Source: Eukaryota sp. TZLM1-RC (lineage: Eukaryota > Protista > Metamonada: BaSk clade). Taken from it: DNA of 64,000 nucleotides. The position numbers and the translations under genes were made by a program. The notes beneath the pieces were generated by a model. It was given only the letters and a program-made list of their open reading frames with translations. It made no database searches and was not told the origin of the DNA. Positions 1 to 12,930 of the stretch are shown here, piece after piece; within the stretch, counting starts at the first letter, position 1; every line of letters starts with the position of its first letter. Location: contig JAUPSS010000002.1 of the NCBI GenBank assembly GCA_040285825.1, forward strand, positions 2,666,001 through 2,730,000, in the 5' to 3' direction.

Positions 1-1
1 C

Positions 2-652
2 GTGGCTTCTGTATCAATGAATTTGATAATCCAGAAAGCCAGAGATTTGATTACCGCAGTGAACATACCTGACTGTGTCAAAAAAGCATCTACAAATATT
101 CTCAAAAAGTGGGAAAGTTTGAGTAGAAACCGTGTACCGTATAGAAGTTTATTGTACAACGAAATGACTTTGATTGGAACTATTCTGGACCCTAGGATTA
201 AAAACAATCCAAGTCTCTTACCAGTGGAACTACAAGAAGTCGATGCCGACTTTAGTCAACTGAATAGAATGATTCAATCAGTGAGTTCAACTAGTCAACC
301 AACCATTGTAGAAGCTGGAACAAAGCAAACAGTAAGGAAAAAGGGATTGTTCAATAAAGTTGCTGCCAAGAAATCCAATGTAATGAATCTCCATGTCGAA
401 AATGAAATGAAATGTTAGCTCAAGGAAGGTATTGTAGATTATGAAACCGATCCCTATCTGTGGTGGATGGAGAATGTGAAAAAGTATCCAAGCTTGGCTA
501 AGATTGCAAAAGATTATCTTGTTGTACAACCCAGTTCCGCATCAAGTGAACGCCTATTTTCAGCCGCTAGTCAAATAATCAGCAAAAAGAGGGCTCGTTT
601 GAACGAAGATACTGCAAGATGTTTGTTATGTTTAAGGTCATGGTATAAATAA
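2..652 (+). pseudogene. hAT-family transposase, C-terminal part with dimerization domain; one in-frame TAG at 416-418; 5' part outside the window
   Basis: ORFs 2..418 and 467..652 are in the same frame; motifs TILDPRIK, PYLWW..N..KYPSLAKIAKDYL..QPSSASSERLFS, KKRARL. Confidence 0.9.
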
Positions 653-825
653 CCACACATAATGGTTGATAGTTAGTTATAGTGAGGTGAGTAGATTTTA
701 GTTTTTACGTTTGAACATTTTGAAATAAAGTATGATTTTTATTTGATATGACATGATATTTGAACAGAACAGTAATCAAAAATGCAAATAGAAAAATGAT
801 TATGATAATGTTAAGGTGGACTTGT

Positions 826-968
826 CTCAATGGATGTAAGAATGAGTCGAGTCGAGTCAATGGATGAAAGAATGAGTCGAGTCGTGTCAACTCATTTGAC
901 TCATGAGTCGAGTTGAGTCAGATAAGTTTGACTCGAGTTAACTCAACTCAACTCAAATCGAAATCCTA
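826..968 (+). mobile_element. hAT right end: subterminal GAGTC/ACTCA repeats and probable terminal inverted repeat ending ...AAATCCTA
   Basis: Dense direct and inverted GAGTC(G/A) repeats downstream of the transposase; ends in CCTA (TAGG on the minus strand), typical of hAT termini. Confidence 0.65.
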
Positions 969-980
969 ACACAGAGTGAA

Positions 981-1754
981 ATACACAGTTTTTAACAATT
1001 ATGAGAATACGTTTGAACTTACCTCCCCCTCAGTGTTTAACAAATATTCGTTGTAAATGTGGAGCAGTTGCTTCCTATACTCATGTCTTATCTTGTAGGA
1101 AGTTCACTCAGAAGAGGTCGATAATTCACAATGCCGTTCGCGATTGCATTTATGATTTGTTGAAAAGTGCCCATCATCCAGTACGACTAGAACCAGTTTT
1201 TGACGAAATGCAGCTTGCTCAAAGTCAAAAAAGAGGTGACATTCAATGTGCTTGGCATAGCGGCCAGGAATTAATTATTGATTGTACAACTGTTTCTCCT
1301 TGGAAGTTGTCTTCGTCTTCGGACATTGAATCAACCCTCAAAAATACAGAAAGGAGCAAACACTCGAAGTATAATGATTTACTTGTACATTTGAACAAAC
1401 AACGTGGCAGAAACATTGTTTTTGTTCCAATTGGAATTTCTATTTTTGGTACTTTAGGCAGGGAAGGACTATCTTTCTTGAATGATTTAGGCAGTTTCTT
1501 AAAAGACTCAGGACGTTCTTTTGATCAACTTATTTGGAAGAACAGAATTGTTTTCTCACTCTTTAAGGCTCTACCACGTTATTTTAACTCAATACTTTTA
1601 AGTATTACTGAGTTTCACAATGTACGTGCTCATGAATTCGTAAATAGTGAGAATCTACCTTCATTCTGTTAGTGATCACTTATTTAGAATATTGCTTTGC
1701 ATTGTTGTTGTTTATAGAATTCTTGTTTGCATTTTTGGAATAAAGCCAATCTCT
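981..1754 (+). mobile_element. 5'-truncated RLE-type (CRE-like) non-LTR retrotransposon, family 1; ORF 1001..1672 encodes a Zn-knuckle plus restriction-like endonuclease
   Basis: CKCG..HVLSC, HNAVRD, RGDI, IIDCT, K..KY motifs; 11-bp TSD CACAGAGTGAA at 970-980 and 1755-1765; near-identical copy at 36.9-37.4 kb. Confidence 0.85.
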
Positions 1755-1790
1755 CACAGAGTGAATATTGAATAAATACCCCTAATAATT

Positions 1791-1857
1791 GTGTAAACTT
1801 TTCAGCAAAAGGAGTTAGTATACACTAAACACCTTAACAATACGTTGATGAAAACAG
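1791..1857 (-). ncRNA. Candidate omegaRNA / right end of Fanzor A
   Basis: Follows the Fanzor A stop; shares TGTTTT..CAT..CGTATTGT with the 3' region of Fanzor B; stem around GTGTA, which could pair with the terminal TACAC. Confidence 0.35.
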
Positions 1858-4033
1858 CTACTGCTGTCTTCTTAGACGTCTCATACGCCTTGGCCTTCTG
1901 AATGGTTCTGGCCTAGTACCAGTGAAATACTCACTAATTGCAATCTCCAGCTGGTTTCTGGAGGCTGAGATGTCCCTAGACTAGTTGGTCTCATATCGAG
2001 GGCAATCGAACTTAGCGTTATTTACCTTTCCGTCATCATGATAGATCTTTCTATGAAAGACCTTACGGCAATTCACTTTTGCTGAGGTCATAAACTCGTC
2101 CCCGACTTTGACACTTTCAAAGTGTTTTTTGATTTGTTTGAGAAATCTCTTTCGGGGGGATTTCACAGATTGACGAGAACGACCACCACCACCACTGCCG
2201 AACCAAACTATAGTGCTTTTTCCTTTAGACAAGCGTTTAATTTTGTTAATAAAACTAGTTATTCTCTTTTGCCTTCGTATGAAGAAATCAAACTTATTTC
2301 TTCTCAGATTTTTTCTTGCACCACGCTGCAAATTTCCAGACATAATTGAAGCATATTCAGGCTTTTTTTCAGATTCGGAAATATAAGGTAAACTTATTTC
2401 AATCAGATACTCTTGGAAGCTCTGAGTGGAATAAGTGTTAGGAGTTGCTTGAGTGAGAGGAGGGTGCCTTAGTCTTCGTTCTTTTGGATTCAGTAGCAGT
2501 CCAGAACGTTATAAATAAGCGGTCTTCTCTGTGGATTTGCTGTTCTATGGACATCAGATTTTCTTTTCCTTACATAATTGTGAAAATCATAATTCCCAGA
2601 GACACGTCTCGTATCAACTTCCACTTTGGACATTGGACATTGGATTTTCGTTTCCTTTCATTATGAAAATTATAGTTTCCAGAGGCTCGCCTGGGCTCCA
2701 ATTCTGTTTTACTTGGTTTATTCAATGTTAGAATTCCAATGTTAGAATAAAATGTCCAAAAATATTACTTCACAGTGCCGCTGCTGCAGTAAAATGCTAA
2801 AAGGTTCAGCCTGTCGCTTTTCCTCATATTTCATTGAGGAGTATAGAGCTGGATATGTCTTATGTACTCAATTATCCACCATTTCTGTCAAGGATATAAA
2901 CACTGTCCTAGGTTAATGACCTAGATTTAGATGTTGTAGAACTTTCTGAATAATAGTTTACTTTGTTGTTTGATAGTGAGTGTAATAGTATAAGCAAGGA
3001 GGAGATCAACAGCGTTTTGATATTTATGAATCAAAACGAGATGCCGAACTAACGGAACGTATCAGTAGGAGCCAAACGTACGCCGAACTAGTTCAGTAAT
3101 TCTAAGATTGGGTTTATTATATGTTTTTCCTTCCTTCTGGGTAAACGTGAACCGCAAGGAAACACCATTCAAAAAATGGTGTAGTTAATAAATTTGGATT
3201 TATCAGAAAACCGATAAGGGCTGTTCAGAAGCTCTTTGTTTTCATTTTGCTTTGTGAAATAAGCTTCTGCTTCTTTATTCAAGCTGCAGAAGCATGGAGA
3301 CCAACTGGACAGTGAAGAAAGAGAGTGTCTTTTCTGCATTGGCTGTCATATTGAGCCAATGCACCAAGCTATGCTGGTGTATTTTTTGATCCGATTGCAA
3401 AATTGACTCATCTGGCTGAATCCTTTGAAGTACACAGTCGGCGTACTTCTTGGGCCAGGAACAATTCAGAAACTGAGCACAGTTCTTGAAAAAATTGCAT
3501 TTTCAGACAACAAAACCGTCAGCGAACAACTAACAAAAGGCTTCTCGCAGTTGGATGGCTCGACTGCCAAGAAAAGTGAAACAATACGAAAATCTACAAC
3601 CATCGGCTGAGGTGGTTTCATTCATCGATCGCTTGGGCCAAAAGTGCTGAACAAGGTGTTGCAGCGCTTGGTAAACCAAAGGATGGTTCTCAAATGGCCT
3701 TCTTTGTTTGGGCTCACTTTGGCAAACAAGGTCGAAACAGAGGCTCCAAAACTGGCTTTGAGTAAGCCACATAGAGTGTTCTGGGTATTGGAGCACAGAG
3801 AGTCGTCTTAGGTGAGTGGCAGAAGCTTCAATACTAGCAAGAACTGGGAATTGGTGTTCCACAGCTTCTTTTGCCTCTGAGTCGAAGAACTGGTTAACCA
3901 ACCCTCCCACAGTTGTAGTTTGTAGAACGTTATCCATGACTGTCAACCCAGAACGGAAACAGTCAGAAATAATTGAAAATTTGTTTTCTAAAATTGACAA
4001 TTTGTTGAAATCAATCAATCTTACAGTTGTCAA
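1858..4033 (-). pseudogene. Fanzor (TnpB-like) nuclease pseudogene, family A (homolog of B); multiple stops and deletions
   Basis: VWFGSGG, GDEFMTSAK, CP...N*SRDISASRNQL...RP; N-terminus VLQYPE..WL.Q.QFW..C.D.V...RRPFENH matches ORF 50313. Confidence 0.85.
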
Positions 4034-4399
4034 TTCAAAGTAAAGTTAGTTACAAGTGTTTATTAATGATACATCTCGTTCATGATTACTTTCTGAATGT
4101 TTTCCTTTCTTCAGACAAGAACTACATGCTACAAAAGTTGGTGAGTGGAGTTTGGTTCGGTTGTCTTCATTCCCCAAATTCGCAATTGAATTTCATTTCA
4201 TCCTTATACTTTTCGTTCACCTTTAGTAAGTTAGTTTCGACTAAATTTTCATCTTCGACAACATTCCCTTTTGGAACTCAACAACCTGGATGAGCATGTT
4301 CAATAAATTTCTTTCTCCTTCTCTTCCATCTCTAAGATCCTATTCATCTTTACTGTTCATACCTCATAGAGCATAAGAGAGTGTAAATAAATACTTTTA

Positions 4400-4805
4400 C
4401 TATTGTCTTCTTTTTACACAAGTACGTGCATTGTGGCCCGGCTCGTGACATAGTTCACATAGTCGTTGTCCTGATCGACATGTTCTTTCTTCACGTGAGA
4501 TTTCAAATCCGGAGGGTTTTCGTTGTGTTGAAAGTGGGTTATGATTCCATGCTCCTACTGGTCTGACATGAAATACTTCAGGACTATCATAGGATCTCAT
4601 TGGTAAACTCACTGTGGTTCTGATGTTCTCAAGAATCATGTTTGTTTCTAAAGTATTGGTCATTACGGTCGCAAACAAACTGACAGGAAGATCCTCTGCT
4701 GCACTCCTTCATTAATGCAAACCCTTGGCTAAAAGCCCAAGATTGCCATACAGAAAAAGCACTGTCTATACTGGTAAAAGGACCTGATGAAACTTCGTTT
4801 TGCAT
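4400..4805 (-). pseudogene. MULE/FAR1-like DNA-binding domain plus CCHC knuckle, frameshifted, with no DDE core
   Basis: From ATG 4805: FTSIDSAFSVWQSWAFSQGFAL...FVCDR; then WNHNPL and CELCHEPGHNARTC in ORF 4400..4678. Confidence 0.55.
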
Positions 4806-4970
4806 GGCGAGAGAGAGAAAGAAATTTGTTGAACCTGCCTAATGATCGCCTAAATTTATTGAACTAAAAAATGAATTTTCACAGATCAGAATCCACATTT
4901 CAACAAACATTGAAGAAAACTGATATACACTTTGTCTGTGAGTTAAAATCCAAACATTTTGACAACATGG

Positions 4971-5113
4971 TGTTAGCCTTGGATAATATTTATAATAGTT
5001 TATTTATAGTTATTGTACTATTGCGCCCATGCGGTTAAGTTAAGGGAAATCCTCATTCCTTGTAATAAATTACTCTACATTCAGGTATAATGTCTAACCC
5101 CCACAGATCATCA
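4971..5113 (+). repeat. 5' LTR (143 bp)
   Basis: TGTTAGCC...GATCATCA; direct repeat of 12117-12271. Confidence 0.95.
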
Positions 5114-8100
5114 ATACGTATTGGATCACCTTTGGGTGGTTCCAATGACAACCCCGAGACTGTTAGGACTGATCCTCCTACGTCTCACCCTTCGAGTTCT
5201 TCCTCCCGAACTCCTCAGTCGGGAACAGAACAACCTCTGACAACTGGGTCCGAGGGAAGCAATGCTTCTCCTCCTCCTGTGTCGACTCCTCCTTCCGGAG
5301 ATTCTGTCACACAACCCAATGTTTCAAGTTCTTCCTCCCAAACTCCTCAGTTGGGAACAGAACAACCCTCTGGTGGCGAGAGAAGTGATACTTCCTCCCA
5401 CCCTCCGGGTCAAGGTCCCACTCCATCTACGGATGCTCCTGTGATTCCTATCAATCTTCCTGTTCCTCCCTCTAATGTGGAAAACTTTGTACCTCTTTCT
5501 TCTCCCCCTGGTTCTGAAGGAGAGGTTGAAGATTCCCTTTTAGGTCCTGAACAGTTCAGTACTCTAGATGAATATCTGAAGTACATTATCAACCAGACTG
5601 ACCCTGACTCGGCCAGCAACAAGATATCTGAGCTGTTGAAGCTCAAGAGGGTAGAGCCTCCCTCTTCACCTATTGTTTGCGCTTCTGTCATCCCTTCCAC
5701 TTCTTCTACGGAAGCTCCTGAGGAAGGACAACGAGCTCCTTCTACTCCTTCTACGGAAGTCCCAATGAAAGGCAGCCCTCCACAACAACCAGCTCCTCCT
5801 GCAATCCCTGCTGGTAGCCCAAATCCTACTACTCCTTCTCAAGAAGTTCCTGTAGTAGGCCTACCTGATACTTCTGCTCCTACTACGGTAGCTCCTACAG
5901 AAGTTCATTCAACTCCACCTGTTCCTCCTTCGGGAGTTCCTACTAGAGGAGTACTTCATGTCCCTCCAACCTCTGGCCAGACTCCTCAGCAAGGTCACGT
6001 TGTTTCTTCTGTTCCTGCTGCTTGGCAGGTGCTTAGTGCTGCACAGCCTAACACCTATCAAGCCCCAAGCCAGCCCCAGAAATCAGATTCTCCTTTCATC
6101 TCTACCCAACAGAAAACTGAAGCTCAAAACTTAGTTCTCAATGCTGGTATTGAGTTAATGCTAGGAGATCCTGCATCGATTCCTCCCAATGAACTCATTG
6201 CTGCTTTACCCCCATTTTGGGGTCCAGAAGTAGTCAATGATCACGGCTTTTGGGATCCGCAGAAGAATAGGCCCCTACTTCCCAACGAAGGAAGTAGATA
6301 ATCTCACGGTTCGCTGTGACCCTCCTCCAAACTATCCTCAACGGGAGACTGTTGGAGGGTTCAGGACTCCTCGTGAAGGTGTACAGAGGATCTTCGCTCG
6401 TGATGAGCTGAATCTTTTCCTCAACCGATGTAACCCTTGTCCTTTTCCCAGGTTTAGCCCTGGATATAATGCTTCTCTTGATATTTATATCAACAGAGAC
6501 TTCAGGACTGGATGGTGGTACACCTACACTACGAACTATCAGAGATTATACCTTCAAGACCGCAGACCAGACCATTGCGCGTCATATTTCGGTCCAGAAC
6601 ACAGAAGGAATAGGCCTTTAAGGGACGCCCTCATGAATGTACAGGAGAACATTGGTGTCGCCAATTCAAGTTCTCTTCTTTGGGTTAATATCGATGGTAA
6701 TGGGGAAAGCTACTATCCGAGTGAACATGACCCAGTAGAATTGAGAACCTCTGATCCTGACCCAGTGGATTCAGACACTGTTTTCTCTTCTTTGAGCATT
6801 GAGCCTCAAGAAGATCAACAAGATGAGCCGATGGCGACTACTGACACTGTTGATACGGTGCAGCAACCTGTAGTTGTCCAACCACAAGATCCATCAACTC
6901 CTTCCCAGGTTCCTCAGGACCCTAGGCTCCTAGGAGTAACTCCATCTGACACTCCCATAGCCCCTCAGTATTCTAACACTCTACTGATGGAAGCTATGGC
7001 GAGTTCACAAGATAGAGACAGAGATAGACAAAGAGGTGGTCGTCCTAGAAAACCCACCCTGGAAGCCAACGATATCTCTGACCCAGTAAGGATTTTGAAA
7101 TTCATCGACAGATTTATTCTGTATGCTAGGACTGAGAGGACCATTGAAGAGAGAGATATCAATGAATCTGATCCTACTCAAGTCAGACTAGCAAGAGAAG
7201 TGTCTGAACTAAGAAGGCAACTTGAAAAACGTTCTCGTCCTCCTGCCACTCCTCAATCCATTAGCAGAGAAAACCGGAACCTTGCTCTAGATCAGAGATA
7301 TGGTAACACCCTTCACGAGTGGGACCGATTCAGAGCTGCTGCTCAAGTCGACCCTCGTAGAATTGTCTTCTGTGTTACTCCAGAGTGTTTGGCCGCTCTT
7401 AGAGCTCAAGGCAGGTTTTCGTCTATGTCTGATAGAATCTCAGCTATCGACAACATTAATGAGGAGCAAATATGGGAATCAATTTTACACCTCAGCCAGT
7501 ATAGTACATTAGAAACGGCGAGGAATCAGTTATATAAAGTCCAGATGAATTGGAATATTCAGGACTTTAGGAATCGCTGGGGCGACTTCACAGTGAGGCT
7601 AATGAGAACAGTTTCACGAAGTACTGCCATTTCTGACGTCAGGGCAAGCGACCGTGCCTTGTATGGTCAACACTTTCTACAGCGCATTCAAAACTGGGAA
7701 ATTGCAACCCATATGATCGATTCTGTTGGTATTCAGGCCATCAGCGATAATCTGAGAACTGTATGGTCCACTCCCAATGTTTGGCAACACCATACATTAC
7801 AACAATTTGTAGACATCCTGGCTGCTGAATACATGAGTTGGTGTTCAGCAAGATCCTATGATGAGCAAAGGGCCAACATCAGTGACAGCTATCAACAACA
7901 TATGGGTCACTATGTTAGAGCAAACCCAAAGGACTAGAAACGAATAGGCAAATTCAAGCCTGCGGGTTCCAGCGTCGCCCCTGCTCAACTCAGCAAAAGG
8001 AGCAAGTCGCAAATTAAGAAAGAAAGAGATAAAGCTGGTCTCTGTAGATTCTGTGGTATTCCAGGCCACACTATTAACGAATGTCCCGACCCCCATTGCC

Positions 8101-11100
8101 AGTGATCCAAGCAATGGCGAGATGCCAACCCAGATGCTGTTCAAGCATATTTGGCACGAAAAAGTAGTGGTAGTGGAGGCAGAGGTAGACGTAGAGGAAG
8201 AGGCAAGGGCCCTTCCAGTAGTAATAAACGTTCCCATAAATATCCACTGTTTACTATAGAGCAAGATAGCTCTCCAACAAGTAACACACCAAAGCAACGT
8301 TCAAACAAATGTTCATTGTTTACTATAGAGCAAGACAGCTCTCCAACATGTAAAACACCAAACATAAAACAAACCTCAGTCTCCAACCAATGGATTAAGT
8401 GTTTAACTAATCCTTTGACTACCCAGAATCTCAAAACAGCTACAACGATAGAAACACCAAATAAACTCTGTTTCAATCATGAGTTTGACTCGAACCCAGA
8501 CTCAGAGTCCCACAGCGATATCTTCATGGTTCGCACCTCAGATGTCGCACGCAAAAATTTAAAATTGAAATTTTCAATAAATGACTGCGAAATAGAAGGG
8601 CTCATCGACTCTGGAGCTTCGATATCAGTCATCACTGTTGATTTAGCAGAGAGATGCAACATGGTTAAGACTAACCATTGCATAAACTTTAAGTCTGCAA
8701 ACAACATCATGTCAAAGTCTTTAGGATCAGCAGAAGGTACACCGAGCTTCAGACTCGGTAGTGTAACCCAATTAGTTCATGTGAAACATAGCTTGGCCAT
8801 CATTCCTGGCAACAATATGTTACTAATTGGTAGAGATCTGTTGCATCACCTAGGCTTATTGAACGATGAAGGCCTCTTCATCAAGATGGATGAGGAACAT
8901 CGTACATTACTTCTGCCTGAGGCTGAATTCGACCATTGAATCTCCCAAGTCTCAGATGTCGTCAACGTTCCCAGACGTTGGTTGGAGCACATACAGTCTT
9001 CTGGTTGTACTATTAACCTCGAGTGTGATAACGACAAGAAGACCTTACTTCTAACCTTGAAAGAGTTCGAAGAGACATTCACCTTTAAGCCGCATGCTGA
9101 TGGGATTGATTGTCCTCCAATGGAGATCAACTTTCATGACGAAAGTATTCGAGTCAGACGACCCCCTCGTAGGTTAAACCCCGAGAAGCAGAAATTCGCC
9201 GAACAGATCTTCGATGAACTCGTCGAGTCTGGATTTGCTGTACCATCGAACCATGAGTTCAGCTCTCCAGTATGTCTTGTGGTATACCCTGATCATCGTA
9301 AGCCTCGCCTTACTGGTGATTACAGCGGCAAGGACGGAGTCAACGCCAACGCTATTCCCGTTGAACCTAACCTCCCTAGAATATCCGATGTGCTAGTCTT
9401 CCTTTCGGAAGCCAATTTCATCGGCACCCTTGACCTCCCCAAAGCCTTTTGGCAACTAAAAATTGCAGAAAAGGACTGGGAGAAGACTGCCTTAAGCATC
9501 CCTGGCAAAAATATCATGTTTAAACGTGCTGCTTTCGGCCTCAAGAACGTTCCTGCAGTTTTCCAGAACGTCATGGCAGACATCTTCTCCGGAGACGGTG
9601 TATTCATCTATATAGATGACATCATTATAGTAGGTAGAACTTTCAACGAGTTCCTCGGACGTCTAAGACGTGTCCTCGAGAAGGCTCGAACCCGTAGAGT
9701 TAGCCTTGGACTGCCCAAATGCCATTTTGTGTCCTCTAGACACCCAATAAAAATCCTTGGTAGCAGATTCCAACACAACACCAGGACCATAGATCCTACA
9801 CGCACAGAGTCTTTACTGAATCTTCCCAGACCTAAGACTGTGAAAGACGCCCGTAGCCTTATCGGCTCAGTGAACTTCATTAGGGAATGGCTTCCCCAGG
9901 TAACCAAGCATGTTGCCCCGATCATCATATTAACACGGGGCAAACCACGTCGCTTGCAATGGAAGGACACTCACGACTACCATTTAGCCGAAATCAAACG
10001 TCTGATCGCGGAGCATATGCCTCTAAACTTACCTCCGGTGGATAACCAAGTACTAATTAGTTGTGATGCCTCTGATATAGCAGTTGGCGGCGTGATTTGG
10101 GAACAAACAGAACCCACTAAGGATCTTGGTACTTCCTTACTCAATAGGAAATGTAGACCAATCAGCTTCTTCAGCAGATTGTTGACTAACTCCCAGCAGA
10201 ACTGGCCCATGGTACAGAAAGAGCTTTATGCTATCCTTCTCATGCTGACCGAAAGTGGCTTCGAGAACTACCTCAAAGGAAGGCGTCTGATCATTTTCAC
10301 AGATCACCAAAACCTTACTTACATGCTTACCGCTCCGAACAAAAACAGAATAGTCAGAAGATGGCTTCCCATCTTTTCTGAGTTCCTATTCGACATAGTT
10401 CATACAAAAGGGGAAGAGAACCATTGGGCAGACATGCTATCTAGGATAGTACCGCCCCAAGACAATCATACCATCAACCATCTGGTACATTCTAATGACC
10501 AAGAGTTTCACCCTATCTACTACACAAATAGGATTGACGAAACTGAGTCAGAGAGATGCTTCGTTGAAGATCTCCATACATTTGAGAAGGTGCTCATCCT
10601 TCAAGACAAATGCTCCAATGACCTTCCACTCTTCGAGCCATGGCTCTGCAAGATCAGGTCCGAACAAAAGCGAGCCCTCGCTAATCAGGACACCTCGTTA
10701 AACAACTGTACTGTGGATAGTCGTCTAGATCTCTATCTAACTCCAGAGCACAAGATCGTGATTCCTCAATCAGTGGTTAAGGATACGCTTAACCTTCTAC
10801 ATGGACTCCCGCAAGGTGGCCACCCAAGTAAGGCAGAGTCTCCTCAGACTCAAGAACAGTGACTACTGGTGGCCTAACATGCTTTCTGACATGACCAAGC
10901 ACGTCCAAGAATGCCCCTCCTGTCAGAAGACAGCAGCAGTCCCCAAACTGCATGTCCCTACAACTGGTTCTTTGTGGGCTGACAGACCATTTGCAAGAAT
11001 TAACGTCGACGTCATTGGTCCTCTTCCAGAAGATCAAGACGGCCACAAATACATTCTTGTATTTTTGGATAGCTTCACGAAGTTCACAATCATAGTCCTT

Positions 11101-12132
11101 CTCAAAGAACTCAACGCCAACCTTACTGCTGACGCTCTCATATGGAAGGTATGTGCGATATTCGGGATCCCGTTCATAGTTCATAGCGACAACGGTCCTG
11201 AGTTCTCAAAAGCTGTCTTCAACGGCCTATGTTAATTTTTGGACATAGAGGTCTCAAAGTCCGTCCCTCACTTCTCTCAGTCCAACGGTTTAGTCGAACG
11301 CCGTCACCGTGACATTTTGCAGAATTTGAGGAAGCTGCTCGTAGATTTTAACGCCTACGATGCATGGTTAGAGTACATACCCTATGTACAATTGCTAATC
11401 AACTCATCCAAGAGTTCGTTTACAGGTTACTCTCCATACGTGCTCATGTTTGGTTCAGATTTTAGCCCCAGAGCTGACCCCGGCAAAATCATAGAGACCC
11501 TCGAAAGCTCAACGTCTGAGTCAACATACATCAACGACATTCAATCTAAATTTGCTAGATTGAAGAAGAAACAGAAGGAAGCAGAGCTCCTTCAAGCTTC
11601 CAAGGCTCCTCCTCGTGATTCCCAAATCGAAGCCAACCCTTTCTCTCCTGGCCAATTGGTCAAACGAGCTTCGTCTTCCACTGCTAAGTTACATGGCCAT
11701 TACAAAGGACCATTCTTAGTTATTGACACACCCTCTACCTCCACAGCTGACATCAAGAATCTGTGTACTGGTATGGTTGTTAAAGCCAGTGTGAAGTACC
11801 TCCAACCTTGGCATTCCAGTTTACCAGCAGATGATGAATTTCACTCCTGGGTGGCTGCTGGCGATGCAGAAGAGCACGTGATCCAGAAAGTCCTCAGCCA
11901 GGATGGTGATTACTGTCAAGTCAAATGGCCTGGCAATCATATTACCACTGAGCTGGTTTCGACTGTTCAAAACACCTCTGCCTATAAAGAATTCTCCAAG
12001 TCTATTTCTAATACTCGCTCTCGTCCTTCACGCCGTAAACGTCGTTCTGATAATATTAACAATAATGTTAATCCAACTCCTATCAGGCCTCGACGCTCGA
12101 AAAGAAGAAAGGGCAGTGTTAGCCTTGGATAA
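5090..12132 (+). pseudogene. gag-pol polyprotein with 4 in-frame stops (7935, 8103, 8937, 11233) and 2 frameshifts (about 6240-6300 and about 10840)
   Basis: Pro/Ser-rich N-terminus; CRFCGIPGHTINEC knuckle; protease LIDSGA; RT LDLPKAFWQ and YIDDII; RNase H DASD/KELYA/TDH; integrase H..GH..CPSC, DVIGP, HSDNGPEF, NGLVER; EEHVIQKVL..CQVKWPG chromodomain-like. Confidence 0.93.
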
Positions 12133-12271
12133 TATTTATAATAGTTTATTTATAGTTTATTTATAGTTATTGTACTATTGCGCCCATGCGGTTAAGTTAA
12201 GGGAAATCCTCATTCCCTTGTAATAAATTACTCTACATTCAGGTATAATGTCTAACCCCCGCAGATCATCA
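12117..12271 (+). repeat. 3' LTR (155 bp)
   Basis: Differs from the 5' LTR by an 11-bp tandem duplication, one extra C and one substitution. Confidence 0.95.
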
Positions 12272-12275
12272 ATGG

Positions 12276-12760
12276 CACAAAACATGTTACAATAGACTGA
12301 ATTGATGTATTGATAAATGTAATTAATGTATTGATATGGCAGGTGTAGAAGCTGAAGTTGAGTTTTCTCGAATGGTTGAATTAGGACAGGAAACATCTTT
12401 TGAAACTGACGAATCTAAAACAATGACTAAAGCAGTGGAATTTTTCACTTTGAGAACATGTCAATTTCACCAACAGTCTTGGTTTAGAAGCAGACGTCAG
12501 CCATGGTATTCAAACTGAAAAACATCAGGATACGAAGCTATTAATTAATTGGAAGAATATTTGGATTTCCTTATTGGATCCATGGTGATCTCAAATTCCA
12601 GGTGGAGCATGAACAGTTGAAAGAAAACCAATGGGAAATCTGTTCAAAAAGATGTCCCAATTGGGTAATGGTTGAGTATCGAACACGCAAGTATTGCTTC
12701 GTTTATGTCCAAAAGGAACAAATTAGGTTATCCTCAGCATAAACTAGATCGACAGCTAAA
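12276..12760 (+). pseudogene. Highly degenerate Fanzor remnant; probably the target of the LTR insertion
   Basis: One frame near 12575-12700 reads IHGDLKF...VMVEYRTRKYC, resembling the Fanzor YGD.KF and VDEYRTSK.C motifs. Confidence 0.35.
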
Positions 12761-12930
12761 CCCGTCAATAAAAGAAAGATAAAGCTTCCATTTCCAGAAA
12801 AAACAACAAACAATTATGGAAAAATGCAAATTTATTTTGTACAAAAAATTTCCTTATGTGAAATGCCAAAAACTTAAATCACATTCAATCAATCATTTTG
12901 ACTGATTGATCTGGTACAACACAATAACGC

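Larger units (their letters stand above)
4971..12271 (+). mobile_element. Full-length Ty3/gypsy LTR retrotransposon with C-terminal chromodomain-like region
   Basis: TG...CA LTRs; 4-bp TSD ATGG (4967-4970, 12272-12275); purine tract before the 3' LTR; domain order gag-PR-RT-RH-IN. Confidence 0.95.

Noticed and set aside
826-960. GAGTC repeat cluster as a CRISPR-like array
   Set aside because: Short irregular repeats in both orientations without unique spacers; they fit hAT subterminal transposase-binding sites.
416-11235. In-frame stops in TE ORFs as evidence of a reassigned genetic code
   Set aside because: Host genes terminate at TAA, TAG and TGA at expected positions and have no internal stops; interruptions occur only in mobile elements.
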